Below, piece by piece: positions 61,117 through 64,000 of a stretch of 64,000 bases of DNA. The notes under the pieces are model-generated. The model was not told where the DNA came from. It saw nothing but the letters and a program-made list of their open reading frames with translations, and searched no databases. Numbering within the stretch: the stretch's first letter is position 1; each line of letters starts with the position of its first letter. Both the position numbers and the translations under genes were made by a program. Location of the stretch: contig CAWBGK010000003.1 in the NCBI GenBank assembly GCA_963788305.1, positions 64,510-128,509 on the forward strand, written 5' to 3'. The DNA comes from an uncultured Chloroflexia bacterium (GTDB lineage Bacteria > Chloroflexota > Anaerolineae > Anaerolineales > UBA4823).

Positions 61117-61504
61117 TCGACCCGTTTACGACTCGGCAAATAATAAATACAGTTGAACAGTGACATAACATCCATAAATCGATGCTCTACCCAGGTCCAG
61201 TTGGTTAATTACACATGTCTTAAAGATGCTCCTCGATGTGCCAATAGGAGTCAATTTGTTCTGCGGCTGTAACAACCTGACCCATATGATTGTGTTAAAG
61301 ATGCAAGTGATTGGCTCAGCTTTTTAGTAAATGTTGTTCCCATGGATTGTCTAGACCTTTTTGAGGTTGTTTATAAGTAGTATGATATCAATACTTGTCA
61401 GACAATCTACAAGAAGAATAGTTTAGTCTTTACATAATTGAAACCATGTAAATGCATATGCAGATCTAGAAATACACAAAAAACCAAGAACCCTTGAATT
61501 TTAG

Positions 61505-62003
61505 ATTGTCGCGTTGCACCTTAACATAGTGTGGGTTTAGCCAACTTGCAGGCTTGGGAGTGAAATAGAATTCAAATCGTTCTGCCAGAGCCAGGGCTTC
61601 GTCTGCTGGAAGGTTTTTATAATGCACTGGTATCACATGGATTGAGATTGTCCTGTAGAAGCATGATTTTGATCGGGCGCGGAAACTCGACCGTCAAAGC
61701 CTGACAAAACAGAGTGTTTTCTTTCTTCGTACACCGCTGGTGCGCTTGCGCCAACCAAAATCCGATGCGGGCATGATCTTGCAGCACTTTCAGATCTTTA
61801 TCTGTTTACAGGGTTGACCATTTGGATTATTTTATGGTGGCGACATGCGGTGTCTGGGAGATTTCTGTGTGAGTTTTTTCTCGATCCAATTCCAATACAC
61901 TAAGCGTCCGGCGATTTTCCCTGGCTGCGAGATGACCTTTACTGATCAGTTTTTCAAGATACGTTCAATCTATTGGATTAAGTTGCACATGTTGTTTTTT
62001 CAT
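61505..62003 (-). mobile_element. IS630-family transposase remnant (internally deleted, multiple stops)
   Basis: Minus-strand reading: MKKQHVQLNPID-stop-TYLEKLISKGHLAARENRRTLSVLELDREKTHTEISQTPHVA.. (HTH part), then ..IMLLQDNLN..SAL.K.F.ADEALALAERFEFYFTPKPASWLNP.. (C-terminal DDE region). Only ~0.5 kb remains. Confidence 0.5.
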
Positions 62004-62132
62004 CCCGTCATTTCACCGATAGGACAGGATATGCCAAAACATACAAACGATTTTGTTTACGGAGTACTCAGTCAAAGCGATTCTAAGTAGTTACAAAAAG
62101 GCTTATTCAAGAGGCGTGAAGGATAAGAATAT

Positions 62133-63259
62133 ATGAGCGATGCAAATGTTGATTATTTAGCTCGACAAAATAGGGTAATGGGGATGTTAGACCAGGCAGG
62201 ATTGAAAGCTCTGGCGATCAATGCTGGTTTTAACTTGACATACATGACAGGCTTGACCTTCGATCGTATGGAACGTCCAACAATTGCATTGTTGGTACCG
62301 GGGTTGCCCGTGACCCTGGTGCTTCCAGGATTTGAAGTTGGCAAAACCCATGACCTGCCTTATCCAGTCCAGACTTTCTCTTACGAGGATAACCCATCGT
62401 CCTGGCCAGCAGCATTTATCAATGCCGCCACTGCTACAAAGCTGGTTGGCAGCAAGATAGGCGTGGAAAGCCGCGAGTTACGTGTCTTTGAGCTCCGCCT
62501 CTTAGAAATGGCTGCGCCAGGCGCAGTTTTTCTGCCCGCCGATAAAATATTAAATACTATGCGTCTATGTAAAGACAAAGACGAGATCGCTGCGATGCAG
62601 AAAGCAGTGGATATCGCTGAGCAAGCCTTTCTCGCCACAATTCCTCAGATTCGAATTGGCATGACCGAGCTAGAACTTGCTTCCAAACTGACTATGCAAC
62701 TCCTGCTTGCAGGTTCAGACTCTGATATTGCTTTCACACCGATCATTGCCAGTGGCCCAAATGGTGCAAACCCGCATGCTACTCCAAGCAGCCGCCATTT
62801 TGAGAGTGGAGATGTGGTTATTGTGGATTGGGGAGCTCGTCATAAAGGATACATTTCTGATCTATCCCGGACTGTTGTCTTAGGTCGCTGTGATCCCGAA
62901 ATGAATACGATCGCAAAGATTGTCTTAGATGCAACTGTCGCCGGTTGTCAGGTTATCCGCCCGGGAATTATGGCTGGAGAGGTGGACAGGGCGGCACGTG
63001 ATGTGATTAATCAAGCAGGATACGGTCTATTTTTCCGCAGTCGCACCGGTCATGGCATCGGTCTTGATGTGCATGAAGAACCCTACCTGTTTGGCGAGAA
63101 TACCCAGACTTTGCTCCCAGGAATGGCCTTCACTGTCGAACCCGGCATTTAACTGGATGGACGGGGGGAGTGCGGATTGAAGATAACGTAGTGGTAAGTG
63201 AGAGCGGCGTAAATATCCTCAGCAACCTCCCACGTATCCTTATCGAAGTTGGCGCTTGA
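62133..63259 (+). CDS. M24B Xaa-Pro dipeptidase/aminopeptidase (prolidase-like); in-frame TAA at 63150 and a G-run frame change at 63163-63168
   Basis: Creatinase-like N-domain, then ..GDVVIVDWGARHKGYISDLSRT.., ..RTGHGIGLDVHEEPY.., ..GMAFTVEPGI-TAA-LDGRG, then (with one extra G) GVRIEDNVVVSESGVNILSNLPRILIEVGA-stop. Confidence 0.75.
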
Positions 63260-63318
63260 TGGGTGAAACATCAAGGAGGTGGTGCCTATGTACTAGTAAG
63301 CATGAGATTATTCCATAA

Positions 63319-63344
63319 GTTGTATGGTCCACAACCAATATAAT
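63319..63344 (+). promoter_or_regulatory. candidate operator (GTTGT-N7-ACAAC) abutting a TATAAT box upstream of the peptide-binding protein gene
   Basis: GTTGTATGGTCCACAAC at 63319-63335. TATAAT at 63339-63344, 25 nt before the ATG at 63369. No good -35 at 17-nt spacing. Confidence 0.3.
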
Positions 63345-63368
63345 ATATTCCTTTGGAGGAGAAAAACG

Positions 63369-64000
63369 ATGCAACGAAAGATATTCTAAATTTTAGGCGT
63401 GACCGTGCTATTACTCAGCATGGTTCTGGGCGCATGCGCACCGCAGGCAGCCCCAACAGAAGCTCCGGCCCCGGTAGCGACCGAAGCCCCTGCAGCACCT
63501 GAAGCTCCTGTAGCCACTGAAGCTCCAGTTGTAACAGAAGCGCCGGCAGCGACCGAAGCCCCGGTCGAAGTTCCGGCTGAGCCAGCCTGGGAAGCCAAGT
63601 ATAACCTGAGCGCTCCAGATTGCTCTTACGGCGGAGAGTTCAAGTCGATCGAGGCGGTGGATCAGTACACTATCAAGTTTACGCTGTGCAATCCCGATCC
63701 GGCTTTCCTGTCCAAGGTGGCTTTCCCGGCTTATGGCATCCAGAGTGCCGCCTATTTGGAAAAGACCGGCGGTGGTGGTGACCTGCTCAGCTCCCCGCTC
63801 GGATCCGGTCCCTACATGGTTAAGGAATGGATACGCGGCGATCACCTGAGCCTAGTGCCGAACCCGAACTTCCGGGGCGAGCAGCCCAAGAATAAGGAAT
63901 TCATCATGCGTTGGAACGCTGAAGCCGCCGCCCGCTTGCTCGAGCTGCAGGCCGGCACCGCGGATGCTATAGATAACCCCAGCCCGGATGACTTCGAGAA
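63369..64000 (+). CDS. ABC peptide/nickel-type substrate-binding lipoprotein (SBP family 5), 3' end beyond window; in-frame TAA at codon 7
   Basis: GGAGGAG RBS 7 nt before the ATG. MQRKIF-TAA-ILGVTVLLLSMVLGAC lipobox in the same frame, an Ala/Pro/Glu/Thr linker, then ..YTIKFTLCNPDPAFLSKVAFPAYGIQSAAYLEK..GSGPYMVKEWIRGDHLSLVPNPNFRG... Not in the ORF track because it has no stop inside the window. Confidence 0.7.

Noticed and set aside
61845-62090. 81-aa plus-strand ORF upstream of the prolidase gene
   Set aside because: It lies antisense to the IS630 transposase remnant in AT-rich debris, with no RBS and no recognisable sequence.

Overview
Bacterial chromosomal segment with about 60 genes, mostly on the minus strand. 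Gene content and the Pro/Thr-rich lipoprotein linkers suggest a Chloroflexota/Anaerolineae-like organism, but that is inference only.

**Layout**
- 1-9.4 kb: membrane and ion-transport genes. These are a phosphodiesterase, DUF2254, YihY, AI-2E, and a translationally coupled SulP / ClC / Kv-type K+ channel set, headed by a Gly/Pro tandem-repeat micro-ORF.
- 9.4-17.9 kb: a Cys-type arylsulfatase, two paralogous SH3b lipoproteins and a second SulP.
- 18.2-20.4 kb: a five-gene cluster of small proteins (SHOCT, DUF6325-like, LURP-one-like, two small TM proteins).
- 20.5-24.7 kb: a 7TMR-DISM/PAS/GAF histidine kinase, a NarL-type regulator and an extra receiver with Glu at the phospho-acceptor site.
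- 25.1-31.4 kb, plus strand: a NitT/TauT-type ABC importer followed by an NRPS-like adenylation domain, carrier protein, NeuD-family acyltransferase and a decayed Sfp-type PPTase. The cassette ends at a dead IS5/IS1182-like element (31.4-32.8 kb).
- 33-42 kb: an unusual membrane-protein pair, small housekeeping genes, a 5xMETA-PKD lipoprotein, and more AI-2E/membrane genes.
- 42.6-48.9 kb: a heavily disrupted peptide uptake/hydrolysis block (AbgT, M17, M20, MFS).
- 49.2-50.2 kb: glutaminase.
- 51.2-60.9 kb: a GntR-controlled hydroxyproline catabolic operon. It holds an epimerase, two-subunit AcnX, a three-component D-Hyp dehydrogenase and a DHDPS-like deaminase, with a tungsten-type aldehyde:ferredoxin oxidoreductase plus MoaD-like gene embedded in it.
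- 60.9-64 kb: an AT-rich control region with mirrored TGGTC(A/T)GACCA operators, an IS630 remnant, a prolidase and a peptide-binding protein.

**Sequence quality.** The window is peppered with single-base frame changes and three in-frame stops in otherwise well-conserved genes. All coordinates of split genes are therefore reconstructions from my own translation.

**Limits.** No tRNA, rRNA or CRISPR array was found. All family names come from motif recognition by eye; no database search was run.
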